NCBI GenBank assembly: GCA_036569545.1
Contig: DATCQI010000003.1
Location: 1-60,653, forward strand
Direction: 5' to 3'
DNA length: 60,653 bases
Source of the DNA: Rugosibacter sp.
GTDB lineage: Bacteria > Pseudomonadota > Gammaproteobacteria > Burkholderiales > Rhodocyclaceae
Shown here one piece after another: positions 38,984 through 50,006 of the stretch. Within the stretch, counting starts at the first letter, position 1; every line of letters starts with the position of its first letter. The notes beneath the pieces are model-generated. The model worked only from the letters and a program-made list of their open reading frames with translations, ran no database searches and was not told where the DNA came from. The position numbers and the translations under genes were made by a program.

Positions 38984-40576
38984 TTACTTGACGATCGGCT
39001 GCACTTCCCATGTGTGATACGGTGCTGGAGACGGCACATCCCACTCCAGCCCTTCTGCACCTTCCCACGGCTTGGCCGGCGCTTTTGGGCCACCCTTGAT
39101 ACACGTAATGACGTTGTATAAGAAGAGTAATTGCGATAAACCAAAGCCAAAAGCACCTATCGTTGCAATTTGGTTGAAATCAGTAAATTGCAGCGCATAG
39201 TCAGGAATACGGCGTGGCATACCCGCAATACCAAGGAAATGCATAACGAAGAAAGTCATGTTAAAGAAGATAAAGGAAAGCCAAAAATGCACTTGGCCCA
39301 ATTTTTCGTTATACATATGCCCCGTCCATTTTGGCATCCAATAGTAAGCACCCGCAAAAGCAGAGAATAACGCGCCAGCAACCATCGTATAGTGAAAATG
39401 TGCCACGACATAATATGTATCTTGCATTTGCACATCAACAGCGGCCATGGCTAGAATCAGCCCCGAAAAACCACCCACAGTAAAAAGAAAGATAAAACCA
39501 ATAGCGAACAACATGGGTGTCTCAAAACTCAACGAGCCACGCCACATAGTTGCGGTCCAGTTAAATATTTTTACGCCTGTGGGTACCGCAATGAACATAG
39601 TGGCGTACATGAAGTACAACTGGGCAGTTACGGGCATACCTGTTGTGTACATATGATGCGCCCATACGGTAAATGACAAAATCCCAATTGCAGCCACAGC
39701 ATAAACCATTGATGCATAGCCAAACAACGGCTTGCGAGAAAATGTCGAGATCACGTGTGAAACAATGCCAAAACCTGGGATGATGACGATGTAGACTTCC
39801 GGATGACCAAAGAACCAGAAGATGTGCTGGAACAAAACAGGATCACCACCACCTGCGGCACTAAAAAAACTTGTGCCAAAGTGACGATCCGTCAACGTCA
39901 TGGTAACCGCACCAGCAAACACGGGCATCACGGCGATAATCAAAAATGCAGTCACCAGCCATGTCCAGCAAAACAACGGCATTTTCATTAGTGTCATGCC
40001 GGGAGCTCGCAGATTAAAAATCGTGGTAATGATGTTGATCGAACCCATGATCGACGAGAGGCCGAGAATATGAATGGCAAAAATCGCCATATCCATCCCC
40101 ATCCCCTGCTGTATGGTCAACGGGGGATAGAGGGTCCATCCAGTCCCAGCAGCCCCGCCCGGCACAAACATCGAAGTCGTCAGCAATAGAGCTGCCGGCG
40201 GCAACAACCAGAAACTCAGGTTATTCATACGCCCAAAAGCCATATCTGATGCGCCGATCTGTAACGGCAACATCCAGTTAGCGAAACCCACGAATGTCGG
40301 CATAAGTGCACCAAACACCATGATGAGGCCATGCAAGGTTACCAGCTGGTTAAAGAACTCGGGCTTGACAATTTGCAGGCCCGGCTGAAAAAGCTCAGAG
40401 CGGATAGTAAGCGCCATGCAACCACCCACCAAAAACATGGCAAAGCTGAACCACAAATACATCGTGCCAATATCTTTATGGTTAGTAGTGGTTATCCAGC
40501 GCATCATTCCCGTTGGGTGGTGCTCATGGGCATCATGACCTGCGCTGTGTCCATTTGCTGTTGTTGCTGTATTCAT
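38984..40576 (-). CDS. ctaD: Cytochrome c oxidase subunit I (type A1)
   Basis: NHKDIG, GWTLYPPL, WFFGHPEVY, WAHH, AHFH, GMPRR. Confidence 0.97.
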   Translation of the reverse strand: MNTATTANGHSAGHDAHEHHPTGMMRWITTTNHKDIGTMYLWFSFAMFLVGGCMALTIRSELFQPGLQIVKPEFFNQLVTLHGLIMVFGALMPTFVGFANWMLPLQIGASDMAFGRMNNLSFWLLPPAALLLTTSMFVPGGAAGTGWTLYPPLTIQQGMGMDMAIFAIHILGLSSIMGSINIITTIFNLRAPGMTLMKMPLFCWTWLVTAFLIIAVMPVFAGAVTMTLTDRHFGTSFFSAAGGGDPVLFQHIFWFFGHPEVYIVIIPGFGIVSHVISTFSRKPLFGYASMVYAVAAIGILSFTVWAHHMYTTGMPVTAQLYFMYATMFIAVPTGVKIFNWTATMWRGSLSFETPMLFAIGFIFLFTVGGFSGLILAMAAVDVQMQDTYYVVAHFHYTMVAGALFSAFAGAYYWMPKWTGHMYNEKLGQVHFWLSFIFFNMTFFVMHFLGIAGMPRRIPDYALQFTDFNQIATIGAFGFGLSQLLFLYNVITCIKGGPKAPAKPWEGAEGLEWDVPSPAPYHTWEVQPIVK

Positions 40577-40646
40577 GTAGCTCTCCTGATATTTCTGATT
40601 AAGCATGGGTTTTCATGAGCAATGAGTGAGACGGGTGCCTGACGGA

Positions 40647-41789
40647 TCATTTGCGCAAGGCCTTGACTTCGGATGGCTGAACCATATCACCCATCTTATT
40701 ACCCCAGGAATTTCGTTCATACGTCACAACAGCTGCAATTTCCGTATCTGAAAGCTGCTTGCCAAACGCTGCCATCGCCGTACCAGCCTTACCATTGAAA
40801 ACACGGTTCAAATGCCCATCCTTAGGCCCGGTGGCAATTTTCGACCCATCCAGCGCCGGGAATGCAGGTGGTAAACCTTTACCCGTTGGCTGATGGCAAG
40901 CCGCACAGTTCTGCGAATACACCGATTCGCCGCGGGTCTTTAATTCATCCATGGTCCAAACTTTTGAGGGATCATCGGCTACCGTAGCCATTTTCGCTTT
41001 TTGCTCAGCTACCCAGGCACTATATTTTTCAGCCGAAACAACATCCACCACGATGGGCATAAAACCATGGTCTTTACCACACAGCTCAGCACACTGACCA
41101 CGAAAGGTGCCTTCACGTTCAGCAAGGAATGAAGTATCACGAATAAACCCGGGTATAGCATCCTGCTTTACCGCAAACGCAGGCACAAACCACGAATGAA
41201 TCACATCTTCCGCCGTCGTCAAGATTCGCACCTTTTTCCCGACGGGAACGACAAGATGGTTATCCACTTCAAGCAGGTAATTCTCTCCTTTGGGTGCCTT
41301 GCCCTCAATTTGCTCACGTGGCGTTGAAAGCACACTCTTGAACTTGATGCCCTCACCTTCACCTTTGATGTAGTCGTAACCCCATTTCCACTGATAGCCA
41401 GTTGCCTTGATCGTGATATCAGCACCTGTTGTATCACGCATGGAAATCAAAGTTTTAGTTACCGGCCACACAATAAAAAGTAAAATAATCGTTGGAATAA
41501 CGGTCCAGAGAATTTCCACGGTTGTATTTTCATGAAATGTTGCAGCGACCCGCCCTGGCGCCTTGCGATGCTTCACGATAGTGTAAAACATCACACCAAA
41601 CACGCCCACAAAAATAACACCACAGATGTACATCATCGTCATGTGCAGGTCATACACTTGCTGAGCGATTTTGGTTGCAGGCTCCTGAAAGTTAACTCGG
41701 TAAGCTGCATTTGCAGCTTGTATCAGCATAGTTAAAGCCATCCCCACGGCCAGACGTGACAAACCCACCCTTTGCGCTGCTCTGATCAT
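40647..41789 (-). CDS. coxB: Cytochrome c oxidase subunit II with C-terminal cytochrome c domain
   Basis: DVIHS and CAELCG..H..M CuA motifs, plus a CAACH heme-c site. Confidence 0.96.
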   Translation of the reverse strand: MIRAAQRVGLSRLAVGMALTMLIQAANAAYRVNFQEPATKIAQQVYDLHMTMMYICGVIFVGVFGVMFYTIVKHRKAPGRVAATFHENTTVEILWTVIPTIILLFIVWPVTKTLISMRDTTGADITIKATGYQWKWGYDYIKGEGEGIKFKSVLSTPREQIEGKAPKGENYLLEVDNHLVVPVGKKVRILTTAEDVIHSWFVPAFAVKQDAIPGFIRDTSFLAEREGTFRGQCAELCGKDHGFMPIVVDVVSAEKYSAWVAEQKAKMATVADDPSKVWTMDELKTRGESVYSQNCAACHQPTGKGLPPAFPALDGSKIATGPKDGHLNRVFNGKAGTAMAAFGKQLSDTEIAAVVTYERNSWGNKMGDMVQPSEVKALRK

Positions 41790-41985
41790 CTCTAAACCTC
41801 TTATATCAAGAACAAAACTTTTAAAAACAAAAATTTAAAATACTTATTAACCTTTGACTACGCTTATTTTCTGCGCCAATCAATTCCGAAAAATTGGCGC
41901 GCAGTTTATCATGGCTTTTTATCTTGTTCGGCGCCCCAAGTAAATCATTACGCGGCAGAATACCCCGACCAAGATGGTGATATCT

Positions 41986-43371
41986 CTATAACCCGGGGTA
42001 CAGTTTTCCTGCATACGGATTGCCAAGCGCCTGTAGCAGACGCTCATGCACACCAGCAAAGCCGCCGTTGCTCATGACTAAAATATGATCACCTTCGCAC
42101 GCATTAGCAACAACAGACGAAACAAGTTGCTCAATATCGTCAAAACATTGCGCTTTACTCCCCAACGGTGCCAGTGCCTCACCTACATCCCAGCCCAGCT
42201 TATCGCCATAGCAGAAAATCTGGTCCGCCCCCTCAAGACTACCTGACAATTGCGCCGACATCGTGCCCAGCTTCATGGTATTTGAGCGAGGTTCGAGCAC
42301 AGCGAAAATGCGCGCCGTGCCTACACGCTGCCGCAAACCCTCCAAAGTGGCACGAATTGCCGTGGGATGGTGCGCAAAATCATCAATAACCGTGACACCA
42401 CGAACAAGCCCACGAATCTCCAACCGTCGCTTGATCCCCTGAAATGTTGCCAAGGCCTGCAACCCCAAATCAACAGGAACGCCCGCATGACGCGCGCCGG
42501 CAAGAGCTGCCAGGGCGTTGGCGCGATTGTGCTTTCCCGGCAAGGTGAACGCAGAAACATGCCCTTGCAGTTTGTCCGCGAGAAATACATCAAAACCGCT
42601 GCTGGAATCAGCTTCACTCGCACGCCATCCATCGCCCTTTGCATCATTAAACCATTCCACAGGTGTCCAGCATCCACGGGAGAGCACACGTGCCAACGCA
42701 GCTTCATCGCGGTTTGCCACAATCAGACCGTTCCCCGGCACCGTGCGTACCAAATGATGAAACTGGGTCTCGATTGCTGCAAGATCAGAAAAAATATCCG
42801 CGTGATCAAATTCAAGATTATTCAAAACCACCGTGCGGGGACGGTAGTGCACAAATTTGGAGCGCTTGTCGCAAAATGCCGTATCGTACTCATCTGCCTC
42901 AATGACGAAAAATGGAGAATCGGTCAGCCGTGCCGACACACCAAAGTCAGCCGGAACACCGCCCACAAGAAATGAAGGATTGAGTCCCGCCACTTCCAGA
43001 ATCCAGGCGAGCATTGCAGTAGTTGTTGTTTTGCCGTGTGTGCCTGCGACACCAATCACCCAGCGGTCACGCAAAATATTATCGGCCAACCATTGGGGGC
43101 CTGACACATAGGGCAAATTGCGCTCCAGCACAGCCTCGAGTAACGGGTTGCCGCGCGATATTGCATTGCCAATGACATAAAGATCAGGATTTAACCCTAA
43201 TTGATCTGCACCAAACCCTTCTGTTAGCCTGATGCCTTGATCGACTAATTGCGTACTCATCGGGGGATAAACATTCGCGTCACAACCTGTCACACGATGC
43301 CCTGCTGCCCTGGCCAACAAAGCCATGCCACCCATAAAAGTGCCACAGATGCCAAGAATATGAATATGCAT
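41986..43371 (-). CDS. mpl: Murein tripeptide ligase
   Basis: HILGICGTFMG, GTHGKTTT, EADEYDTAF.DKRSKF, DDFAHHPTA. Confidence 0.96.
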   Translation of the reverse strand: MHIHILGICGTFMGGMALLARAAGHRVTGCDANVYPPMSTQLVDQGIRLTEGFGADQLGLNPDLYVIGNAISRGNPLLEAVLERNLPYVSGPQWLADNILRDRWVIGVAGTHGKTTTTAMLAWILEVAGLNPSFLVGGVPADFGVSARLTDSPFFVIEADEYDTAFCDKRSKFVHYRPRTVVLNNLEFDHADIFSDLAAIETQFHHLVRTVPGNGLIVANRDEAALARVLSRGCWTPVEWFNDAKGDGWRASEADSSSGFDVFLADKLQGHVSAFTLPGKHNRANALAALAGARHAGVPVDLGLQALATFQGIKRRLEIRGLVRGVTVIDDFAHHPTAIRATLEGLRQRVGTARIFAVLEPRSNTMKLGTMSAQLSGSLEGADQIFCYGDKLGWDVGEALAPLGSKAQCFDDIEQLVSSVVANACEGDHILVMSNGGFAGVHERLLQALGNPYAGKLYPGL

Positions 43372-43421
43372 ACAGTCATTCCGTGAAATAATATCTGCGG
43401 ATTCTAACCCTTGGCCCTCTT

Positions 43422-44063
43422 ATGCCGCGTCGTAGACCCGCACCTGCCGACTCTCGCCATTTGCGTCGTGCTATCGCCATTGTCGCCGCACGCTTGATGG
43501 CCGAGGATGGATTAACCGATTACGCTGCCGCGAAACGCAAAGCCGCGCGCAGCCTTGGCGCAGAACATGGCGAAGGTCTGCCCACCAATGAAGAAGTACA
43601 AGTCGAACTTCGCCTTTACCAATCGATTTACCACGAGGATGAGCAAAATGATCGCTTGCAAGCACTACGCCAAACAGCCCTGAATGCCATGCAGCTACTG
43701 AATGAATTTCAACCCCGCCTGAGGGGTGCAGTACTGGACGGCACCGCAGTTCGCTATTCGCCTATTCACCTGCAATTAGTCGCCGATAGCAGTAAAGATG
43801 TAGAAATCTGGCTACTAACCAATCAGATCGCCTTTGATACAGAATCCCTGCCGTATCAAAATTCCAAGAGTCCGGAAGATCGGTTTGTTTTAAATGTCGA
43901 CGACACAACTGTTTTGGTGGATGTTTTCGCTACTCAAAGAAGGCATAGCGGAGTACCTAGCGCAGCCATGTCAGAAGTAAAAACACTACTAACCAATTCG
44001 ACAGCCGCTACACCTCTGTCTGAATCACAATTCACAACACCTTCTGATTACAAGATTGTCTAA
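43422..44063 (+). CDS. Conserved hypothetical protein with degenerate nucleotidyltransferase-like fold
   Basis: AARLMAEDG..DY..AKRKAA N-terminus; GAVLDGTA...SPI.L segment. Confidence 0.7.
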   Translation: MPRRRPAPADSRHLRRAIAIVAARLMAEDGLTDYAAAKRKAARSLGAEHGEGLPTNEEVQVELRLYQSIYHEDEQNDRLQALRQTALNAMQLLNEFQPRLRGAVLDGTAVRYSPIHLQLVADSSKDVEIWLLTNQIAFDTESLPYQNSKSPEDRFVLNVDDTTVLVDVFATQRRHSGVPSAAMSEVKTLLTNSTAATPLSESQFTTPSDYKIV

Positions 44064-44065
44064 TT

Positions 44066-44626
44066 ATGCAAAATCGACTGGTCCGCTTTTTGTTACTCGC
44101 AATAATCGCCATTAGTGCAGGTGGCTCCGGCTATTTGATCAGCCGCGAACGGCTTGCGCTTGACAGCACTTCATCATCCGCAACAGCATCAACGCAACCT
44201 GCGGTGGAAAAATTACTGCGTACCTCCTTTGCCACCACAGAAGGGCAATGGCAAACCCTGGCCGCCTGGCGCGGCAAGGTGTTGATAGTCAATTTCTGGG
44301 CGACATGGTGTCCCCCCTGCCGTGAAGAAATGCCTATGTTCTCCGGCTTGCAAAAGAAATACAAAGACAAAGGCTTGCAATTTGTCGGTATCAGCATTGA
44401 TAGCATCGATAAAGTACGCGAATATCAGTCCATTGAAAAGCTGGCCTATCCACTTTTAATGGGTTCGCCAGATGCCATGAGCTTGAGCGGAGCACTAGGA
44501 AACTTTTCGCAAGCGCTGCCGTTTACCGTCCTCATTACCCGTCAAGGAAAACTTGATTCTGTCAAAATAGGACGCTTCACTGAAGACGAACTTGAAATGC
44601 GCCTACAAGCACTACTTAAACAATAG
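44066..44626 (+). CDS. TlpA-family thiol:disulfide oxidoreductase
   Basis: NFWATWCPPCREEMP; N-terminal membrane anchor. Confidence 0.9.
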   Translation: MQNRLVRFLLLAIIAISAGGSGYLISRERLALDSTSSSATASTQPAVEKLLRTSFATTEGQWQTLAAWRGKVLIVNFWATWCPPCREEMPMFSGLQKKYKDKGLQFVGISIDSIDKVREYQSIEKLAYPLLMGSPDAMSLSGALGNFSQALPFTVLITRQGKLDSVKIGRFTEDELEMRLQALLKQ

Positions 44627-44665
44627 ACTAGACAAACGGTAGCCATTTGCGGCAAACTCGCGCCC

Positions 44666-45157
44666 ATGACGACGCAAAAACACAGTAAAAGTACACCTAG
44701 CAAAAAACAAAATTCAGTGGTTCTCGTACTTCACGGGCCCAATTTGAATCTACTGGGCACGCGTGAGCCAGCAATCTATGGCCACACAACGCTTGCCAAT
44801 ATCCATACTGCGATGGAAACTCGGGCACGTGCAGATGGCGTTCGTCTGGAAAGCTTTCAAAGCAATCACGAAGGGGAATTAATCGACCGCGTGCAATCCG
44901 CCCGTGAGCAAGGCGTCGCTTTCATTATTATCAATCCCGCAGCCTACACCCATACCAGCATTGCCTTACGGGATGCCCTGGCTGCAGTTGCCATCCCCTT
45001 TATTGAGGTCCACCTCTCGAACATTCATTCACGCGAATCGTTTCGTCGGCAATCGTATTTCTCGGACATCGCAACCGGGGTCATTGCGGGCCTTGGCGCT
45101 CAGGGCTACACCTTGGCGCTGGAAGCTGCATTAATGCGGCTAAACGAAACTGCCTAA
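44666..45157 (+). CDS. aroQ: Type II 3-dehydroquinate dehydratase
   Basis: [29 protein letters not shown]. Confidence 0.96.
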   Translation: MTTQKHSKSTPSKKQNSVVLVLHGPNLNLLGTREPAIYGHTTLANIHTAMETRARADGVRLESFQSNHEGELIDRVQSAREQGVAFIIINPAAYTHTSIALRDALAAVAIPFIEVHLSNIHSRESFRRQSYFSDIATGVIAGLGAQGYTLALEAALMRLNETA

Positions 45158-45243
45158 ACCCCACACAAGCATTGCACCACCAATGGAAACACGGGCGGCG
45201 CTCCTCTTCTTTATTTATCATCCCCTGAAAGGAACCCTTTTCT

Positions 45244-45720
45244 ATGGACCTGAGAAAACTCAAGACCTTAATTGATCTTGTACAGAACTCCGGCATTTCC
45301 GAGCTTGAAATTAGCGAAGGCGAAGAAAAGATTCGCATCGCCAAACACTTGCCCACACAGCAAACCACCATGATCGGCCTGCCCATGGCCCATACCGCAG
45401 GATATGGCAACCCCATGCCCGGTGATCACGCCTCTGTCGCCGCGTCACCAGCGCCGACTTCTGCTGCCGCAGAACCGGTGGATACAGGCCATAAGCTCAA
45501 AGCGCCCATGGTAGGCACTTTTTATCGCGCCAGCGGCCCGGATGCGCCTTCGTTTGTTGAAGTGGGACAAGCAGTAAAAGCCGGACAAACGCTCTGCATT
45601 ATCGAAGCCATGAAATTAATGAATGAAATCGAATCCGACGTCTCAGGCACTGTCACCGCCATCCTGGCCGAAAATGGCCAAGCCGTGGAATACGGTCAAC
45701 CGTTGTTCGTGATCAGCTGA
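45244..45720 (+). CDS. accB: Acetyl-CoA carboxylase biotin carboxyl carrier protein
   Basis: PMVGTFY and the EAMKLMNEI biotinylation motif. Confidence 0.97.
   Translation: MDLRKLKTLIDLVQNSGISELEISEGEEKIRIAKHLPTQQTTMIGLPMAHTAGYGNPMPGDHASVAASPAPTSAAAEPVDTGHKLKAPMVGTFYRASGPDAPSFVEVGQAVKAGQTLCIIEAMKLMNEIESDVSGTVTAILAENGQAVEYGQPLFVIS
45440..45462 (-). repeat. Dispersed 23-bp motif, copy 10 (20/23)
   Basis: CCGCGTCACCAGCGCCGACTTCT in the accB Ala/Pro linker (ASPAPTS). Confidence 0.72.
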
Positions 45721-45725
45721 CCGCC

Positions 45726-47090
45726 ATGTTCGGTAAAGTTCTCATCGCCAATCGCGGGGAAATTGCCCTGCGTATCCTGCGTGCCTGTCGCGAACTGGGC
45801 GTACGCACCGTCGCTGTACATTCCGAAGCCGACACCGAGGCAAAGTATGTCAAGCTGGCTGACGAATCCGTCTGCATTGGCCCTGCGGCTTCTTCGCTTA
45901 GCTACCTGAACGTTCCGGCAATAATTTCTGCCGCCGAAGTCACTGACGCCGAAGCGATTCACCCCGGCTATGGCTTTCTGTCAGAAAACGCTGACTTTGC
46001 CGAGCGCGTAGAAAAGTCCGGCTTCGCCTTCATTGGCCCGCGCCCGGAAACCATACGCCTCATGGGCGATAAGGTCAGCGCAAAAATTACCATGAAAAAA
46101 GCCGGCGTACCCTGCGTTCCCGGTTCTGACGGCGCGCTTCCTGACGACCCGAAAGAGATCACCAAAATTGCGCGTGCCGTAGGCTACCCGGTGATTATCA
46201 AAGCGGCGGGTGGTGGTGGCGGACGGGGTATGCGTGTGGTTCACACCGAAGCAGCGCTACTCAACGCAGTCACGATGACGCGTAGCGAAGCCGGAGCTGC
46301 ATTCAACAACTCCACGGTGTACATGGAAAAGTTCCTGGAAAACCCGCGCCACATAGAAATTCAGGTGCTGGCGGACTCCTATGACAATGCAATTTATCTG
46401 GGCGAGCGTGATTGCTCCATGCAACGCCGACACCAAAAAGTGATCGAAGAAGCACCAGCACCTGGTATCACCCGGAAGCTGATTGCCACACTGGGCGAGC
46501 GATGCGCCGAAGCCTGTCGGCATATCCATTATCGCGGTGCAGGCACTTTTGAGTTTCTTTACGAAAATGGCAAATTCTTTTTCATTGAAATGAATACGCG
46601 CGTTCAAGTAGAGCATCCAGTGACGGAACAAATCACCGGTATCGATATTGTTCAAGCACAATTACAAATTGCCGCAGGCGAAAAGCTGCGCTTTAAGCAA
46701 AGCGATGTTGAAATTCGTGGTCACGCTATCGAATGTCGCATTAACGCCGAAGATCCTTTCAAATTCACCCCCTCCCCCGGCCTGATCAATACGTGGCATC
46801 CACCCGGCGGGCCCGGCATCCGCGTTGATTCGCATGCCTATTCAGGCTATATCGTGCCACCCCACTATGACTCCATGATCGGCAAAGTCATCAGCACCGG
46901 CCATACCCGCGAACAGGCCATTGCGCGCATGAGCATCGCGCTCTCTGAAATGATGGTGAATGGCATCAAGACCAATATTCCGCTGCATCAGGAGCTCATG
47001 CTCGACGAACGCTTTCGGCAAGGCGGCACAAGCATTCATTATCTTGAAGAAAAACTCGCCAACAAAAGCGCCGCCATCAAGGAGCGATAG
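45726..47090 (+). CDS. accC: Biotin carboxylase
   Basis: [38 protein letters not shown]. Confidence 0.97.
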   Translation: MFGKVLIANRGEIALRILRACRELGVRTVAVHSEADTEAKYVKLADESVCIGPAASSLSYLNVPAIISAAEVTDAEAIHPGYGFLSENADFAERVEKSGFAFIGPRPETIRLMGDKVSAKITMKKAGVPCVPGSDGALPDDPKEITKIARAVGYPVIIKAAGGGGGRGMRVVHTEAALLNAVTMTRSEAGAAFNNSTVYMEKFLENPRHIEIQVLADSYDNAIYLGERDCSMQRRHQKVIEEAPAPGITRKLIATLGERCAEACRHIHYRGAGTFEFLYENGKFFFIEMNTRVQVEHPVTEQITGIDIVQAQLQIAAGEKLRFKQSDVEIRGHAIECRINAEDPFKFTPSPGLINTWHPPGGPGIRVDSHAYSGYIVPPHYDSMIGKVISTGHTREQAIARMSIALSEMMVNGIKTNIPLHQELMLDERFRQGGTSIHYLEEKLANKSAAIKER

Positions 47091-47095
47091 CCTGA

Positions 47096-47995
47096 ATGTG
47101 GCTCAGCCTCTCGGTAAAAACTGACGCAATTCATGCGGATGCGCTGTCAGATGCACTAATGGGTGCAGGCGCAATTTCTGTCAGCGTAGAAGATGCGCTG
47201 GCGGGAACGGATCTCGAAACTCCGCAGTTTGGCGAACCGGATGGTCTGATTACCGCCCCTGCCACACCCTTGTGGACTGAAAACCGTGTCACTGCCTTGT
47301 TCGAGTCAGCAACTGATCTTGTCGGGCGCGTTACGCGTGCTGCCCTGGAAATCGGCATCACCGACTTGCCGGCTATCGACATTGCTGAAGTGGCAGAGCA
47401 AGACTGGGTAAGGTTAACGCAATCACAGTTTGAGCCCATTCACATTACCGACCGCTTGTGGATCGTACCCTCATGGCATACTGCTCCCGACACCGAAGCA
47501 ATTAACTTGGTACTTGACCCCGGTTTGGCGTTTGGTACGGGCTCGCACCCCACCACGTTTCTGTGCTTGCAATGGCTGGCTGAACAAGTCAAAGACCAGG
47601 AGACCGTTCTCGACTACGGTTGCGGCTCAGGCATTCTCGCCATCGCTGCTGCAAAACTCGGCGCTGGACCAGTTCTGGGCGTGGATATTGATGATAACGC
47701 CCTGACTTCCGCCCGTGATAATGCATTAGTCAACGACGTGTCGCTAGAGTTGCGCCACTCGCGGACTCCTCTTAATGATCGCTTTGATCTCGTGGTCGCC
47801 AATATTCTCACCAATCCCCTGTGTGTTTTAGCACCACTGCTCGCAGGCTGCGTCGCACCAGGCGGCAAGCTCGCCTTATCCGGCGTCTTGGCGCCGCAGG
47901 CACAACAAGTCATCTCAGCTTATGCGCCCTTTATTGACCTCCACGTGGGCGCAACACATGAAGGCTGGGTGCGACTGGAGGGCCACGCATGCTGA
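47096..47995 (+). CDS. prmA: Ribosomal protein L11 methyltransferase
   Basis: DPGLAFGTGSHPTT, LDYGCGSGIL, VANIL. Confidence 0.96.
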   Translation: MWLSLSVKTDAIHADALSDALMGAGAISVSVEDALAGTDLETPQFGEPDGLITAPATPLWTENRVTALFESATDLVGRVTRAALEIGITDLPAIDIAEVAEQDWVRLTQSQFEPIHITDRLWIVPSWHTAPDTEAINLVLDPGLAFGTGSHPTTFLCLQWLAEQVKDQETVLDYGCGSGILAIAAAKLGAGPVLGVDIDDNALTSARDNALVNDVSLELRHSRTPLNDRFDLVVANILTNPLCVLAPLLAGCVAPGGKLALSGVLAPQAQQVISAYAPFIDLHVGATHEGWVRLEGHAC

Positions 47996-48996
47996 CTCAA
48001 TGCCCTGCATGCGACACCACGTTCCGCATCACTGCTGAACAAATCAGGGCCAAAAGCGGCCGCGTGCGTTGCGGCCAGTGTCAGCATGCATTTAATGCAC
48101 TAGACAGGCTTATCGATGTATTGCCAGACAGCACCCAGCCACCTGCCCCTGAAAAAACACTGGATCACCCTTCCCCACCCCAAAATTCATCAGATAAAAC
48201 AGCAACGGATGCAGCCAGTTCATTCACCGAGGAGAACAACTGGACGGCCTCTACTGAAATCGAGGAGTTTCCAGCAGATATTCTCGATTTCGAAACAAGT
48301 GCTGAAGAAACCCGCAAAAACTTTTCCGATCATCCTTTCCACGCAGACATTCCGATGGAAGCTTCTGCGTTGACTGACTCGTTGTCCGACTCACCAGAAT
48401 ATACCGAAGAAGAAAAATCGCTGGAAATCTCGATAGTTGATCCGCCCGCGTATAGCCCGACAGAGCAAACAGACATCCTGCTGGATGACCCTTTTGCCGA
48501 ACTGCCCAGCCCGGCCACAATCCGCCGGTGGCCTTGGGTTTTAGGCAGCGTACTATTGCTCATCGTACTAGGTGCGCAAGCTGTGCTTGCCTTGCGTACC
48601 CCGCTGGCAAAATCGCTTCCGGCAACGCAGCCCGCTATTGCCGCACTGTGCCGCATCGCACACTGCACAATCCGCCTCCCCTCCCAAGCGGACCTGCTCA
48701 GCATTGAAAGCTCCGATTTACATCCCGATCCGACTAAAGCAGGCCGTCTGGTGGTGTCAGCCACACTAAAAAATCGTGCAACATTCAGTCAGAAATTCCC
48801 ACATCTTGAGCTGACCTTGACTGACATTGCCGACAAGGCAATTCTCCGCAAAGTATTACCTCCCACTGCCTATCTACCGCCGAACACAGCAATAACCAAT
48901 GGCATGCCGCCTGATGCGGATATCGCCGTAAACCTTGTCATCGATATTGCTCCACTGACGGCAAATGGCTATCGACTGTATTTGTTTTATCCTTAA
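47989..48996 (+). CDS. Zinc-ribbon / DUF3426 membrane protein
   Basis: CPAC...VRCGQC zinc ribbon, acidic linker, TM helix, C-terminal GYRLYLFYP. Confidence 0.85.
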   Translation: MLTQCPACDTTFRITAEQIRAKSGRVRCGQCQHAFNALDRLIDVLPDSTQPPAPEKTLDHPSPPQNSSDKTATDAASSFTEENNWTASTEIEEFPADILDFETSAEETRKNFSDHPFHADIPMEASALTDSLSDSPEYTEEEKSLEISIVDPPAYSPTEQTDILLDDPFAELPSPATIRRWPWVLGSVLLLIVLGAQAVLALRTPLAKSLPATQPAIAALCRIAHCTIRLPSQADLLSIESSDLHPDPTKAGRLVVSATLKNRATFSQKFPHLELTLTDIADKAILRKVLPPTAYLPPNTAITNGMPPDADIAVNLVIDIAPLTANGYRLYLFYP

Positions 48997-49023
48997 ATTC
49001 ATTTTCTCCGGACACAAAAAATA

Positions 49024-49956
49024 ATGACTACTCTCATTTGCGGTTCGCTCGCCTACGACACCATCATGGTATTTGGCGACCGTTTCAAAAATCACATCCT
49101 GCCGGAGCAGATTCATATTCTCAATGTCGCCTTTCTCGTCCCCGACATGCGACGCGAGTTTGGCGGCTGCGCCGGCAATATTGCCTACAACTTGAAGCTG
49201 CTCGGCGGCACACCACTCATCATGGCGACGCTGGGCGAAGACAGCGCACCCTATCAGCATCGCTTAAAGCAACTCGACCTCAGCACCCAATACGTGTGCG
49301 AGATTGCTGGTAGTTTTACTGCGCAAGCTTTCATCACCACTGATCTCGATGACAATCAGATCACCGCTTTTCATCCCGGTGCGATGACACATTCGCACCA
49401 GAATAAAGTCAGCGATGCATCAGGCGTGCATCTCGGCATTGTCGCTCCCGACGGGCGTGACGGCATGCTGCAACATGCCCGCGAATTCCACGCTGCACAC
49501 ATTCCGTTTATTTTTGACCCCGGCCAGGGCTTGCCGATGTTTGACAAGGATGATTTGTTGAATTTTATGCAACTTGCCGACTACTGCACAGTCAATGACT
49601 ATGAAGCGAAATTGCTGACGGAGCGGACTGGGCGAACGCTCATGCAATTAGCGGGTGACGTGAAGGCCTTGATCGTGACACTTGGCGCTCAAGGCTCGCA
49701 GATTTACACGGAGGGACGTTGTATCGATATTCCTGCTGCCACACCCGATGCCGTCATTGACCCGACCGGTTGCGGCGATGCTTACCGTGCCGGCCTGTTG
49801 CATGGAATCAACCAAGGTTGGCCATGGGAAAAAACCGGGCGACTGGCCTCTCTAATGGGTGCGATCAAAATTGCCCATCGTGGAGGTCAGAATCACAAAC
49901 CGACCTATGAAGAGATTGCTGCGCGTTACCGAGCAGCCTTTTCAGAATCTCTTTAA
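49024..49956 (+). CDS. PfkB-family carbohydrate/adenosine kinase
   Basis: GSLAYD, FGGCAGNIAY, DPTGCGDAY. Confidence 0.9.
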   Translation: MTTLICGSLAYDTIMVFGDRFKNHILPEQIHILNVAFLVPDMRREFGGCAGNIAYNLKLLGGTPLIMATLGEDSAPYQHRLKQLDLSTQYVCEIAGSFTAQAFITTDLDDNQITAFHPGAMTHSHQNKVSDASGVHLGIVAPDGRDGMLQHAREFHAAHIPFIFDPGQGLPMFDKDDLLNFMQLADYCTVNDYEAKLLTERTGRTLMQLAGDVKALIVTLGAQGSQIYTEGRCIDIPAATPDAVIDPTGCGDAYRAGLLHGINQGWPWEKTGRLASLMGAIKIAHRGGQNHKPTYEEIAARYRAAFSESL

Positions 49957-50006
49957 TATGCGCTTTGGCTGAATTTACTTACTCAACAAAACTTAAGGAA
50001 AGCACC

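Noticed and set aside
47653-47675. Partial motif match in prmA (similar partial matches at 5681, 18380 and about 51470)
   Set aside because: 14/23 or fewer matches, mostly over conserved peptides (KLGAG, RITA, HWSALG); compatible with chance.
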